Under the pieces are notes generated by a model that had not been told where the DNA came from, did no database searches, and saw only the letters and a list, made by a program, of their open reading frames with translations. From Okeania sp. (GTDB lineage: Bacteria; Cyanobacteriota; Cyanobacteriia; Cyanobacteriales; Microcoleaceae), in NCBI RefSeq assembly GCF_035285525.1, contig NZ_JAYKGW010000054.1, positions 1-19,632 on the forward strand: a stretch of 19,632 nucleotides of DNA, written 5' to 3'. A program made the translations under genes and the position numbers. Of the stretch, positions 6,155 through 15,196 are shown in pieces (the stretch's first letter is position 1; the number at the start of each line of letters is the position of its first letter).

Positions 6155-8401
6155 ATGCTATGGAATAAATTGACTTATTTTTTTAATCAATGGTATGGTG
6201 TTTGGATTACGGCACCTAGCATTACAGGTTTGGTAATCCTAATACGTTTTATGGGGTTGCTACAATTTTGGGAATGGGGAGCTTATGATGTCTATATGCG
6301 AATGCGACCCTTAGAAAATCCAGACAATAGAATTGCTATTGTCGGTATTAATGAAGATGATGTCAGAGCAATTGGACAACCAATTTTTCCCGATGCTATT
6401 TATGCTAAATTGCTGAAAAAATTGAAAGCAATGGAGCCGAAAGTTATTGGTTTAGATATTTATCGAGATTTACCTGTAGAACCTGGTCATCAGGAACTAT
6501 TAGAAGTTTTTGAGTCTACCTCCAATTTAGTTGGGATTAAAAAGGTAGTCGGAGAAAGACAAAAAGATGTGATAGAAGCAGCACCAACTTTAGAAAATAA
6601 TAATCAGGCAGGTTCTAACGATTTAAAAGTAGACTCAGATGAAAGAGTTCGACGAGGTTATTTATTTGTCACCCTGGAAAATGGGGAAAATGTCTGGAGT
6701 TTTGCTTCTCATATTGTTGTGCGATATTTAGAAAATTTTGATATTAGTCTAGAGAAAATTGATGATGACAAATTTCAACTAGGGAAGACTATACTAGAAC
6801 CATTTGAAGCTAATGATGGTGGATATGTACACGCAGATGCAGGTGGTTATCAAATTTTTTTAAACTACCGGGGTCCTAGTCGCTATTTTGAAACTGTTTC
6901 CCTCATGGATATTCTTGAAGATAGAGTGCCTAATGATTGGGGACGCGATCGCATTATTTTGATTGGTGCGGTCAGTGAAAGTTTTAATGATTTATTCCCT
7001 ACTCCCTACAGTAGTACCTTAACCAAAATATTGGAACCGATGAGTGGAGTTGAAATTCATGCTAACCTCATCAGTCAACTAATTAACTCTGCTATTGATG
7101 GTCGTTCCATGATTAGGAGTTGGGGGGAACCATTAGAGTGGATATGGATTTTATTTTGGTCTGGAATAGGAGCAGCAACAACTTGGAGATGGCGAACTAC
7201 TGGTGGAGTGAGTTATTTTTCTATCTGGAAAGTAGTTGCTATGTTTGTTGCGGGTGGAGTTTTACTTGCTAGCACTTATATTGCTTTTTTGTGGAGTTGG
7301 TGGTTGCCTATTGTTCCCGCGTTTTTAGGTATGACAACATCAGCAGTTGTGATTACAGCTTACATTGCTCGCACTGCTCAAAATATTCGCCAAACTTTCG
7401 GTCGTTATTTAACTGATGAAGTAGTGGCTACTTTATTAGAAAGTCCCGAAGGATTAAAATTAGGAGGGGAGCGTCGAAAAATAACTATTTTAACTTCTGA
7501 TTTAAGAGGTTTTACTGCCACCTCAGAACGTTTACCACCAGAAGAAGTTGTGAAAATTCTTAACTTTTATTTGGGATATATGGCAGATGTTATTACTAAG
7601 CATCAGGGAACAATTGATGAGTTTATGGGAGATGGAATATTAGTTTTATTTGGTGCCCCTATTACTAGAAACAACGATCCCACCAGAGCAGTTGCTTGTG
7701 CAGTTGATATGCAGTTAGCAATGGCACCTGTAAATAAACAAATGAAAGAGTGGGGTTTACCACCTTTAGAAATGGGAATTGGGATTAATACAGGGGAGGT
7801 TGTTGTTGGTAATATTGGTTCTTTGAAGCGGACAAAATATGGTGTTGTTGGTAGTCAAGTAAATTTAACTTATCGAATAGAATCTTATACTACTGGGGGG
7901 CAAATTTTAATATCGGGAACGACTTTAAAAGAGGTAGGGTCAATAATAGAAATTAATGGTGAAAAAGAGGTAATGCCAAAGGGAGTTAAAAAGCAAATTA
8001 CTATTTACGATGTTGGTGGTATTCGTGGTAAATATAATTTATTTTTGAGGAAAGAAGAGGAAATATATTTACCACTAAAAGAAGAAATATTGTTACATTA
8101 TATAGTTTTAGATGGGAAAAATGTTGGTAATTTGGTCCAGAATGGAAGTTTAGTCAAACTATCAGCAAAAGAGGCAGAAATTCATGGTGAAAAAGGGGAG
8201 GAAGATATACCAGGAGCTTTGATGAATATTAAATTAAATTTGTTGTGGGATGGAAAAGAAAGTGAAGATGTTTATGGTAAAGTTTTAGAGAAAAAAGGAG
8301 AAAATGGTAATTTTTATATTAAATTTACAGCTAAACCGCCAGATGTTGCGGCCAAGTTAGAATCTTTGTATAAGTCATTGCAAAGTAATAGCAACCCTTA
8401 A
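6155..8401 (+). CDS. CHASE2 sensor-domain class III nucleotide (adenylate/guanylate) cyclase with an unassigned C-terminal domain
   Basis: N-terminal TM helix, then an extracytoplasmic region of about 300 aa with CHASE2-type motifs (IAIVGINEDD, VIGLDIYRD, ILIGAVSESFNDLFPTPY, GVEIHAN). Three TM helices follow (aa ~327-400). The cyclase homology domain carries ITILTSDLRGFT, FMGDGILVLFGAP, GINTGEVVVGNIGS and YGVVGSQVNLTYRIES. Confidence 0.9.
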   Translation: MLWNKLTYFFNQWYGVWITAPSITGLVILIRFMGLLQFWEWGAYDVYMRMRPLENPDNRIAIVGINEDDVRAIGQPIFPDAIYAKLLKKLKAMEPKVIGLDIYRDLPVEPGHQELLEVFESTSNLVGIKKVVGERQKDVIEAAPTLENNNQAGSNDLKVDSDERVRRGYLFVTLENGENVWSFASHIVVRYLENFDISLEKIDDDKFQLGKTILEPFEANDGGYVHADAGGYQIFLNYRGPSRYFETVSLMDILEDRVPNDWGRDRIILIGAVSESFNDLFPTPYSSTLTKILEPMSGVEIHANLISQLINSAIDGRSMIRSWGEPLEWIWILFWSGIGAATTWRWRTTGGVSYFSIWKVVAMFVAGGVLLASTYIAFLWSWWLPIVPAFLGMTTSAVVITAYIARTAQNIRQTFGRYLTDEVVATLLESPEGLKLGGERRKITILTSDLRGFTATSERLPPEEVVKILNFYLGYMADVITKHQGTIDEFMGDGILVLFGAPITRNNDPTRAVACAVDMQLAMAPVNKQMKEWGLPPLEMGIGINTGEVVVGNIGSLKRTKYGVVGSQVNLTYRIESYTTGGQILISGTTLKEVGSIIEINGEKEVMPKGVKKQITIYDVGGIRGKYNLFLRKEEEIYLPLKEEILLHYIVLDGKNVGNLVQNGSLVKLSAKEAEIHGEKGEEDIPGALMNIKLNLLWDGKESEDVYGKVLEKKGENGNFYIKFTAKPPDVAAKLESLYKSLQSNSNP

Positions 8402-8451
8402 GGCAGTTAGGACGTATCAAAAGCCTAAAACATAGACAAAGCCTGATTTTT

Positions 8452-8479
8452 CCTTCTGCCTTCTGCCTTCTGCCTTCTG
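8452..8479. repeat. STRR-like heptamer array (CCTTCTG)x4
   Basis: Four perfect tandem copies between the cyclase stop and the xisH start. Confidence 0.9.
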
Positions 8480-8529
8480 CTATAGTGTGTATTTCCAGAG
8501 CCGAAAAATCAATAAGATTGTAATAAATT

Positions 8530-8946
8530 ATGCCTGCTAAAGATATTTTCCATGATGCTGTCAAAAATGCTTTAATTAAAGAAAATTGGACTATCACTAA
8601 CGATCCTCTTTACTTAGAATTTGGTGGAGTTGATTTGTATGTCGATTTAGGAGCTGAAAGAATTGTTGGCGCTGAAAAAGATGGAAGAAAAATTGCTGTT
8701 GAAATTAAAAGTTTTATTCGACGATCTCTAATTTCAGAGTTTCATAATGCTTTGGGGCAATTTATTAACTACCGAATGATATTAAAAAGAATTGAACCGG
8801 AAAGAGTTCTGTATTTAGCTGTTTCTGAAGATACTTATGAAGCTTTTTTTACCCTTGTATTTACTCAAGTAGCAGTTACAGAAAATCAGATAAAATTAAT
8901 TGTATATAATCCTGTAAATGAGGTAATTGTGCAATGGAAAAATTAA
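8530..8946 (+). CDS. xisH: XisH family protein (fdxN element excision controlling factor-like; PD-(D/E)XK nuclease-like)
   Basis: MPAKDIFHDAVKNALIKENWTITNDPL...VDLGAE...KIAVEIKSF is the characteristic XisH sequence. The candidate catalytic triad is D39 (GAT 8644-8646) and E58-x-K60 (GAAATTAAA 8701-8709). Confidence 0.9.
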   Translation: MPAKDIFHDAVKNALIKENWTITNDPLYLEFGGVDLYVDLGAERIVGAEKDGRKIAVEIKSFIRRSLISEFHNALGQFINYRMILKRIEPERVLYLAVSEDTYEAFFTLVFTQVAVTENQIKLIVYNPVNEVIVQWKN

Positions 8947-9269
8947 TCAAATATAGGAATTATATCAAAAATATTATTAATGAATATAGTCAATATAAAC
9001 CATCTTATGGAGATATCGAAGTACAAGTTGTTTTTGATGAAGAAAGAGACCATTATCAACTTCTAAATGTAGGTTGGCATGGCAATAGACGAGTACGGGG
9101 TTGTGTATTGCAAATAGATATTAAAAATGAAAAAATCTGGATACAACATGATGGTACAGAAATTGGTATTGCTAATGAATTATTAGATTTAGGAGTACCA
9201 AAATCAGATATTATTCTAGCTTTTCTTGCACCTTACAAACGACAATATTCAGGTTTTGCTGTGTCGTAA
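8934..9269 (+). CDS. xisI: XisI family protein
   Basis: YRNYIKNIINEYS...VVFDEERDHYQLLNVGWHGNRRVRGCVLQIDIKNEKIWIQHDGTE.GIANELLDLGVPKSDIILAF is the typical XisI sequence. Its ATG 8934 overlaps the xisH stop (8944-8946) by 13 nt. Confidence 0.9.
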   Translation: MEKLIKYRNYIKNIINEYSQYKPSYGDIEVQVVFDEERDHYQLLNVGWHGNRRVRGCVLQIDIKNEKIWIQHDGTEIGIANELLDLGVPKSDIILAFLAPYKRQYSGFAVS

Positions 9270-9274
9270 ATAAA

Positions 9275-9382
9275 AAAGAAGTTTGTAGGTTGGGTTGAGG
9301 CAGGAAACCCAACAGTAGAATTTATGAAGTCGTGAAGAATAAAGAAGTTTGTAGGTTGGGTTGAGGCAGGAAACCCAACAGT
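9275..9382. repeat. Two direct 42-bp copies (period 66) of AAAGAAGTTTGTAGGTTGGGTTGAGGCAGGAAACCCAACAGT
   Basis: Copies at 9275-9316 and 9341-9382 are identical. Each holds the hairpin GTTGGGTT-N9-AACCCAAC. The first begins 6 nt after the xisI stop. Confidence 0.9.
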
Positions 9383-9405
9383 TCTACAAATCCCTATTCC
9401 TCTGG

Positions 9406-9465
9406 GGGGCGGGTTTACCCAACTTATCGGTGAAGACTCGTTAACTAACTTATGAAACCCGCCCC
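9406..9465. repeat. Hairpin repeat GGGGCGGGTTT-N38-AAACCCGCCCC
   Basis: Perfect 11-bp GC-rich arms at 9406-9416 and 9455-9465. Confidence 0.8.
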
Positions 9466-9568
9466 TACAAAGCCTGATTTCCTACACAATTTTAGCTGCA
9501 ATGTTGGTTATGGCTCCAGTGGTTCATCGAGAGTGAAAAGCGCTGTAAATAATTTGTCAAAAAAAACA

Positions 9569-9625
9569 GTAGGGGTTTGGTTTCCCAATCCAATTTTTTG
9601 CTTGGTTCGGAAACTAAACCCCTAC
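9569..9625. repeat. Hairpin repeat GTAGGGGTTTGGTTTCC-N23-GGAAACTAAACCCCTAC
   Basis: 17-bp arms with a single G:T position. Confidence 0.8.
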
Positions 9626-9690
9626 GATAATAATCTTACAACCTATTCCGGATTTATTGACCTAATTATTGTCTGGCAAACGGCCAAGTT

Positions 9691-9720
9691 TAGTTGATAA
9701 ACCCAGTTTCTGGGTAAGCC
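9691..9720. mobile_element. Right-end fragment of the GGACTTACGCA-type MITE
   Basis: TAGTTGATAAACCCAGTTTCTGGGTAAGCC matches the right arm TTGTTGATAAA(T/C)(C/A)CAGTTTCTGCGTAAGTCC of copies A and B. There is no left end. Confidence 0.55.
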
Positions 9721-9763
9721 ATAATTTTATCATACTTTTGATGTATTGATAAATACCAAAGTA

Positions 9764-10969
<1,206 letters not shown>

Positions 10970-11288
10970 CTACATATTAGATAGAGTATACTGTCTCGTC
11001 GGCATTTAAGTATTTCTTTAAATGATTTTTACTATTGGCCAATACAGAATTATTTTTTCCCTCTTGAGTTGAGCTATTCAGTATTAATACGCTTAGTATG
11101 TTAATTAGGGTTTGTTGATAAAACCTAAAAGCGTTGATAAATAGAGGTTTTAGCCTTTTTATGCCGAAAAAAGTACCTGATTTTGAGTCCCAAATGCTCA
11201 AAGAGTGAAGTATTTCGGTAAGATTTGGGCAAAGGATAATTTTTCTGAGTACCTTCTCTATAACTCCCTATTATTCTTGATTCTTCAC

Positions 11289-11309
11289 TACTCCCTACTC
11301 CCTACTCCC
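11289..11309. repeat. STRR-like heptamer array (TACTCCC)x3
   Basis: Three perfect copies in the petH-prk divergent region. Reverse complement of the 3495-3517 heptamer. Confidence 0.9.
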
Positions 11310-11807
11310 TGCCAAGGGCAAAAAGACTTTATTTTTACACAATCAATATATATAGATGAAGCTTTTATTTTCTTTGATCCTTGTAGGGAATATCCCACTC
11401 TGATATGATATTTTACAAAAGTTAGTAATAAAGACTTAGAGTCAATAGCTTCAAGGTTTGTCCAAGACTCCAAGGTGAAGAGGTTGTTCCCACATTATTA
11501 TAATGTAGCAAATCAATCCTCTCCAGCCAACTCGTTTTATTTGGACCAAATTTGTGAGACTTATCTATTGATTTAGCTAACTTCCCTAGAAAGCCTTAAT
11601 TCTCTGATTTATAGAGATGTGTTGGCAAAAGTGGCTGAAATTGATTTTTAAATTATAGATATAGTCTGGGTTTAAGAGTGAGAAAACTTAAAAGACTCGA
11701 GATATGCTGAGGAATTTGTCCTGGACTTACTAAGAAGCTAGACTTACCCAAAAAAAACTATGGGATAGGGTCAGTCAACTTTAGTTTTGTATTAGAGGAA
11801 ACCTATT

Positions 11808-12818
11808 GTGAAAAAACCAGATAAAGTAGTATTAATTGGAGTTGCTGGAGATTCTGGATGCGGAAAATCTACTTTTTTGCGCCGAATTACAGATGTATTT
11901 GGAGAAGATTTCGTTACAGTTATCTGCCTGGACGACTACCATAGTCTAGACCGTAAGCAACGTAAAGCAACAGGAATTACTGCTCTCGACCCCAGGGCCA
12001 ATAATTTTGACCTCATGTATGAGCAAATTAAAGCTCTCAAGGAAGGTGAATCTATTGATAAGCCAATTTATAACCACGAAACTGGGGAAATTGACCCACC
12101 AGAAAAAATTCACCCTAATCATATTATTGTGATTGAGGGCCTTCATCCTCTATATGACGAGCGTGTACGAGAATTACTTGATTTTAGCGTCTATCTAGAT
12201 ATTAGTGACGAAGTTAAAATTGCTTGGAAAATCAAGCGCGATATGGCAGAAAGAGGCCACCGTTATGAGGATGTACTTGCTTCTATTAATGCCCGTCGTC
12301 CAGATTTTGAAGCCTATATTGACCCACAAAAGGCTCATGCAGATGTGGTAATTCAAATTTTGCCTACTCAACTAATTCCTGATGACAAAGAACATAAGGT
12401 TCTAAGGGTTCGCTTGATTCAACGTGAAGGTGTTGAAGGTTTTGAGCCAGTTTATCTATTTGACGAAGGGTCTACTATTAACTGGATTCCTTGTGGACGT
12501 AAACTCACTTGTTCTTATCCAGGAATTAAGATGTATTATGGCCCAGACGCATATTATGGCAATGAAGTTTCCATATTAGAAGTAGATGGTAACTTTGATA
12601 ACCTCGAAGAAATGATTTACGTTGAAGGACATCTCAGCAATACTTCTACTAAATACTATGGTGAAATGACCCATGCAATGATGAACCACCAAGATTATCC
12701 AGGTTCTAATAATGGTAGTGGATTGTTCCAAGTTTTAGTCGGTCTGAAAATGCGTGCCACTTATGAGCGTTTGACTTCTACAAATGTAGATGGAAAAGTA
12801 GCAGCAGCAGTTTCCTAA
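11808..12818 (+). CDS. prk: Phosphoribulokinase
   Basis: VVLIGVAGDSGCGKSTFLRR P-loop, CLDDYHSLDR, and a cyanobacterial PRK-like sequence throughout. GTG start preceded by AGAGGA (11794-11799). Confidence 0.96.
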   Translation: MKKPDKVVLIGVAGDSGCGKSTFLRRITDVFGEDFVTVICLDDYHSLDRKQRKATGITALDPRANNFDLMYEQIKALKEGESIDKPIYNHETGEIDPPEKIHPNHIIVIEGLHPLYDERVRELLDFSVYLDISDEVKIAWKIKRDMAERGHRYEDVLASINARRPDFEAYIDPQKAHADVVIQILPTQLIPDDKEHKVLRVRLIQREGVEGFEPVYLFDEGSTINWIPCGRKLTCSYPGIKMYYGPDAYYGNEVSILEVDGNFDNLEEMIYVEGHLSNTSTKYYGEMTHAMMNHQDYPGSNNGSGLFQVLVGLKMRATYERLTSTNVDGKVAAAVS

Positions 12819-12823
12819 TTATT

Positions 12824-12873
12824 AAGGGGCAAATTTTCTCAAGTCAATAGGGGTGAATGGCCATTTGCCCCTT
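12824..12873 (+). terminator. Stem-loop downstream of prk (possible terminator) with two alternative left arms
   Basis: AAGGGGCAAAT (12824-12834) and AGGGGTGAATGG (12849-12860) can each pair with CCATTTGCCCCTT (12861-12873). A T-rich tract follows (TAATTGTTTGTCATTTTT), but there is no immediate U-run. Confidence 0.35.
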
Positions 12874-13166
12874 AATTGTTTGTCATTTTTGAGGATTTTT
12901 GAGAACTTTGGGCCAGAAAAAGTAGAAATTTCTCTCGAAATATTACAAACTATTAAGGAAATAATGAGAAAGTGAACAAAATGCCTCAAAATACTTGCAA
13001 GAGGTAGTTATGTTAGAAGGCATAAGTCCTTTCTATCACTAACTCATTTTTTAAAGTCCGGTCAGAAATTCTACATTCTTTTCTTTTGTCAAAAAAGAAT
13101 GTCAGAATGAAAGCCATAATAAAAAAAATACAGGGGGACGACATGACCTCTGTGTGAAAAACGATT

Positions 13167-13183
13167 TCAATATAATATATTGA
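13167..13183 (+). promoter_or_regulatory. Palindrome TCAATAT-AAT-ATATTGA containing a TATAAT box upstream of apcA
   Basis: TATAAT at 13171-13176, about 90 nt upstream of the apcA ATG. No good -35 at 17-bp spacing. The dyad could be an operator. Confidence 0.25.
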
Positions 13184-13267
13184 GTCGAAGAATCTGATGT
13201 TGTTCACTATGGACAACGTTGGGAATATGTCAAACAACCTTTTACCTTAACTCTGTGGGAATCAAAC

Positions 13268-13753
13268 ATGAGTATTGTTACTAAATCAATTGTTAATGCA
13301 GATGCTGAGGCTCGTTATTTGAGTCCCGGTGAATTAGACCGAATCAAATCTTTTGTTACTACTGGAGCGCGTCGTGTGAAGATTGCTCAAATTATGAGTG
13401 AATCTCGCGAGCGAATCATTAAGGAAGCTGGTAATCAACTATTCCAAAAGCGTCCTGATGTTGTTTCTCCAGGTGGTAATGCTTACGGTGAAGAAATGAC
13501 TGCTACTTGCTTACGCGACCTTGATTATTATTTACGTCTAATTTCTTACGGTATCGTAGCTGGTGATGTTACTCCTATTGAGGAGATTGGACTTGTAGGT
13601 GTTCGTGAAATGTACAAGTCTTTAGGAACTCCTATTGAAGCTGTAGCTGAAGGTGTTCGTTGCATGAAGAATGTAGCTGCTAGTCTTTTAACTGGTGAAG
13701 ATGCTGCCGAAGCTGCTACTTACTTTGACTATGTTATCGGTGTTATGGGTTAA
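13268..13753 (+). CDS. apcA: Allophycocyanin alpha subunit
   Basis: 161 aa. [29 protein letters not shown]..., chromophore site [14 protein letters not shown]-terminal [10 protein letters not shown]. Confidence 0.97.
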   Translation: MSIVTKSIVNADAEARYLSPGELDRIKSFVTTGARRVKIAQIMSESRERIIKEAGNQLFQKRPDVVSPGGNAYGEEMTATCLRDLDYYLRLISYGIVAGDVTPIEEIGLVGVREMYKSLGTPIEAVAEGVRCMKNVAASLLTGEDAAEAATYFDYVIGVMG

Positions 13754-13924
13754 GGCTAAATATTTTTTGGGTGTTAGATAAAATTTGATGAGACTAGAAG
13801 GTTTTAATAATTTAGAACTTTGTCAAATATCAAGTTTAAATCTATGATTTAACATCTAAAGCTATTGCCTTTACTTATCCAATAATTTTCAAGATTCAGC
13901 AATTTTTAAGGAAATCAATCAAAA

Positions 13925-14410
13925 ATGCAAGACGCAATTACTGCCGTAATCAATTCTTCTGACGTTCAAGGTAAATACCTTGATGCTAGCGCTCTAGACA
14001 AACTCAGTGCTTACTTTGCTACAGGTGAACTAAGAGTTGGAGCTGCAACTGCTATTAGTGCTAATGCTGCAACTATTGTTAAAGAAGCTGTAGCTAAGGC
14101 TCTACTTTATTCTGATATTACTCGTCCTGGTGGTAATATGTACACTACTCGTCGTTATGCTGCTTGCATCCGCGACTTAGATTATTATCTCCGTTATGCT
14201 ACCTATGCAATGTTAGCAGGCGATGCTTCTATCTTAGATGAGCGCGTATTAAATGGTTTGAAAGAAACTTACAATTCTTTAGGTGTACCTATCGGTGCAA
14301 CTGTACAAGCTATCCAAGCAATGAAGGAAGTTACTGCTGGTTTAGTTGGCCCTGATGCTGGTAAGGAAATGGGTGTTTACTTCGACTACATCTGCTCCGG
14401 TTTAAGCTAA
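13925..14410 (+). CDS. apcB: Allophycocyanin beta subunit
   Basis: 161 aa. [20 protein letters not shown]..., [39 protein letters not shown] precedes the ATG. Confidence 0.97.
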   Translation: MQDAITAVINSSDVQGKYLDASALDKLSAYFATGELRVGAATAISANAATIVKEAVAKALLYSDITRPGGNMYTTRRYAACIRDLDYYLRYATYAMLAGDASILDERVLNGLKETYNSLGVPIGATVQAIQAMKEVTAGLVGPDAGKEMGVYFDYICSGLS

Positions 14411-14434
14411 TTTGGCAATCAGTAACAAGAGAAT

Positions 14435-14460
14435 AAAAGAGTAAGTTTTCTCTTTTGTTT
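14435..14460 (+). terminator. Weak hairpin plus T-tract after apcB
   Basis: AAAAGAG (14435-14441) pairs with CTCTTTT (14450-14456), followed by GTTTG. The AU-rich stem suggests a partial terminator at most. Confidence 0.3.
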
Positions 14461-14880
14461 GAACTGATTTTGTATTTCGAGGCCAGGGAAACCGAGAGTG
14501 AGTGTTAGATTACCAAGGGCTTATTGAATAAATTTAATTGATAAGTTTTAGTGAACTAGCATTGATTCTACGGCTCCCGGCCTTAGAAATTTTTTAATTT
14601 GAGATTTGAAACTAAAGCGATCGCGCAATTAAATAATTTAGATTTTAAGTTACGGTAGGGAACAGGGAAGACTTAACTGGGAACAGGGAAGAGGGGAAAC
14701 TTTCAAATGTTGGGTTTCACTATAATACTCTTTGCTTTTTTAGTTAACTTGATTCTGTGAATATAACAACTTTTATAACACTACCAAAATTGCTTAATAA
14801 TTAAATTCAACTGTTTGGTTTAAATTTTTTACAAAGCACTTCAGTAAAATCCTCATCAATATTTAGGAGAAATTTGTAAC

Positions 14881-15084
14881 ATGAGAATGTTTAAGATTAC
14901 TGCTTGCGTTCCTAGTCAAACTCGGATTCGTACTCAACGAGAATTACAAAATACTTTCTTTACTAAGCTTGTTCCTTATGATAGCTGGTTCCGGGAACAG
15001 CAAAGAATTATGAAAATGGGTGGTAAGATTGTTAAGGTAGAGTTGGCTACTGGTAAGCAAGGTGTAAATACTGGGTTATTATAA
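14881..15084 (+). CDS. apcC: Phycobilisome core linker Lc7.8 (CpcD-like)
   Basis: 67 aa. MRMFKITACVPSQTRIRTQRELQNTFFTKLVPYDSWFREQQRIMKMGGKIVKVELATG. TAGGAGA (14864-14870) precedes the ATG. Confidence 0.92.
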   Translation: MRMFKITACVPSQTRIRTQRELQNTFFTKLVPYDSWFREQQRIMKMGGKIVKVELATGKQGVNTGLL

Positions 15085-15114
15085 AATTAGAATTTTCAAA
15101 CATAGTCATTCGAT

Positions 15115-15139
15115 AGAGGTCTTATTGGCCTCTTTTTTT
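15115..15139 (+). terminator. Intrinsic terminator of the apc operon
   Basis: AGAGGTC-ttatt-GGCCTCT (7 bp including one G:U) followed by T6, 30 nt after the apcC stop. Confidence 0.6.
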
Positions 15140-15196
15140 ATATGTTTTTTAGGGAGTAGGGAATCTGAGGACTGAATGCTGACCAGCTAATTTTAT

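Noticed and set aside
8331-8597. Minus-strand ORF spanning the cyclase 3' end, the heptamer array and the xisH 5' end
   Set aside because: It overlaps two strongly supported + strand genes and translates the CCTTCTG repeat.
8530-9269. xisHI as evidence of an fdxN-type developmentally excised element in this window
   Set aside because: There is no xisF-like recombinase, no fdxN/nif genes, no interrupted ORF and no long direct recombination repeats.
9647-9652. TCCGGA (DIF-type heterocyst promoter motif) facing the petH 3' end
   Set aside because: A single palindromic hexamer is expected by chance in a window this size. The spacing to the nearest TAnnnT (9668-9673) is only 15 nt.
9452-9697. 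81-aa + strand ORF between xisI and petH
   Set aside because: It is composed entirely of hairpin-repeat sequence (9455-9465 arm, 9569-9625 hairpin, MITE fragment) with no RBS.
10977-11473. Three small ORFs (10977..11201 -, 11205..11408 +, 11288..11473 -) in the petH-prk divergent region
   Set aside because: They overlap one another, cross the TACTCCC heptamer array, have no motifs, and occupy the expected promoter/5' UTR space of two highly expressed genes.
11505-11518. NtcA box (GTA-N8-TAC) in the petH-prk region
   Set aside because: A by-eye scan of 10949-11807 found no exact GTA-N8-TAC. The nearest match is GTAGCAAATCAATC (GTA-N8-ATC), and it lies just downstream of a TATAAT-like hexamer (11499-11504), which is the wrong geometry.
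13013-13237. 74-aa minus-strand ORF upstream of apcA
   Set aside because: It lies in the AT-rich apcA leader/promoter region, with no RBS or family resemblance.
14707-14760. 17-codon hydrophobic mini-ORF MLGFTIILFAFLVNLIL with an upstream GAGGGG
   Set aside because: It is tempting as a small membrane peptide between apcB and apcC. However, it overlaps a TGTTGGGTTTC repeat fragment and the TATAAT box, and it is too short to support without conservation or ribosome-profiling data.
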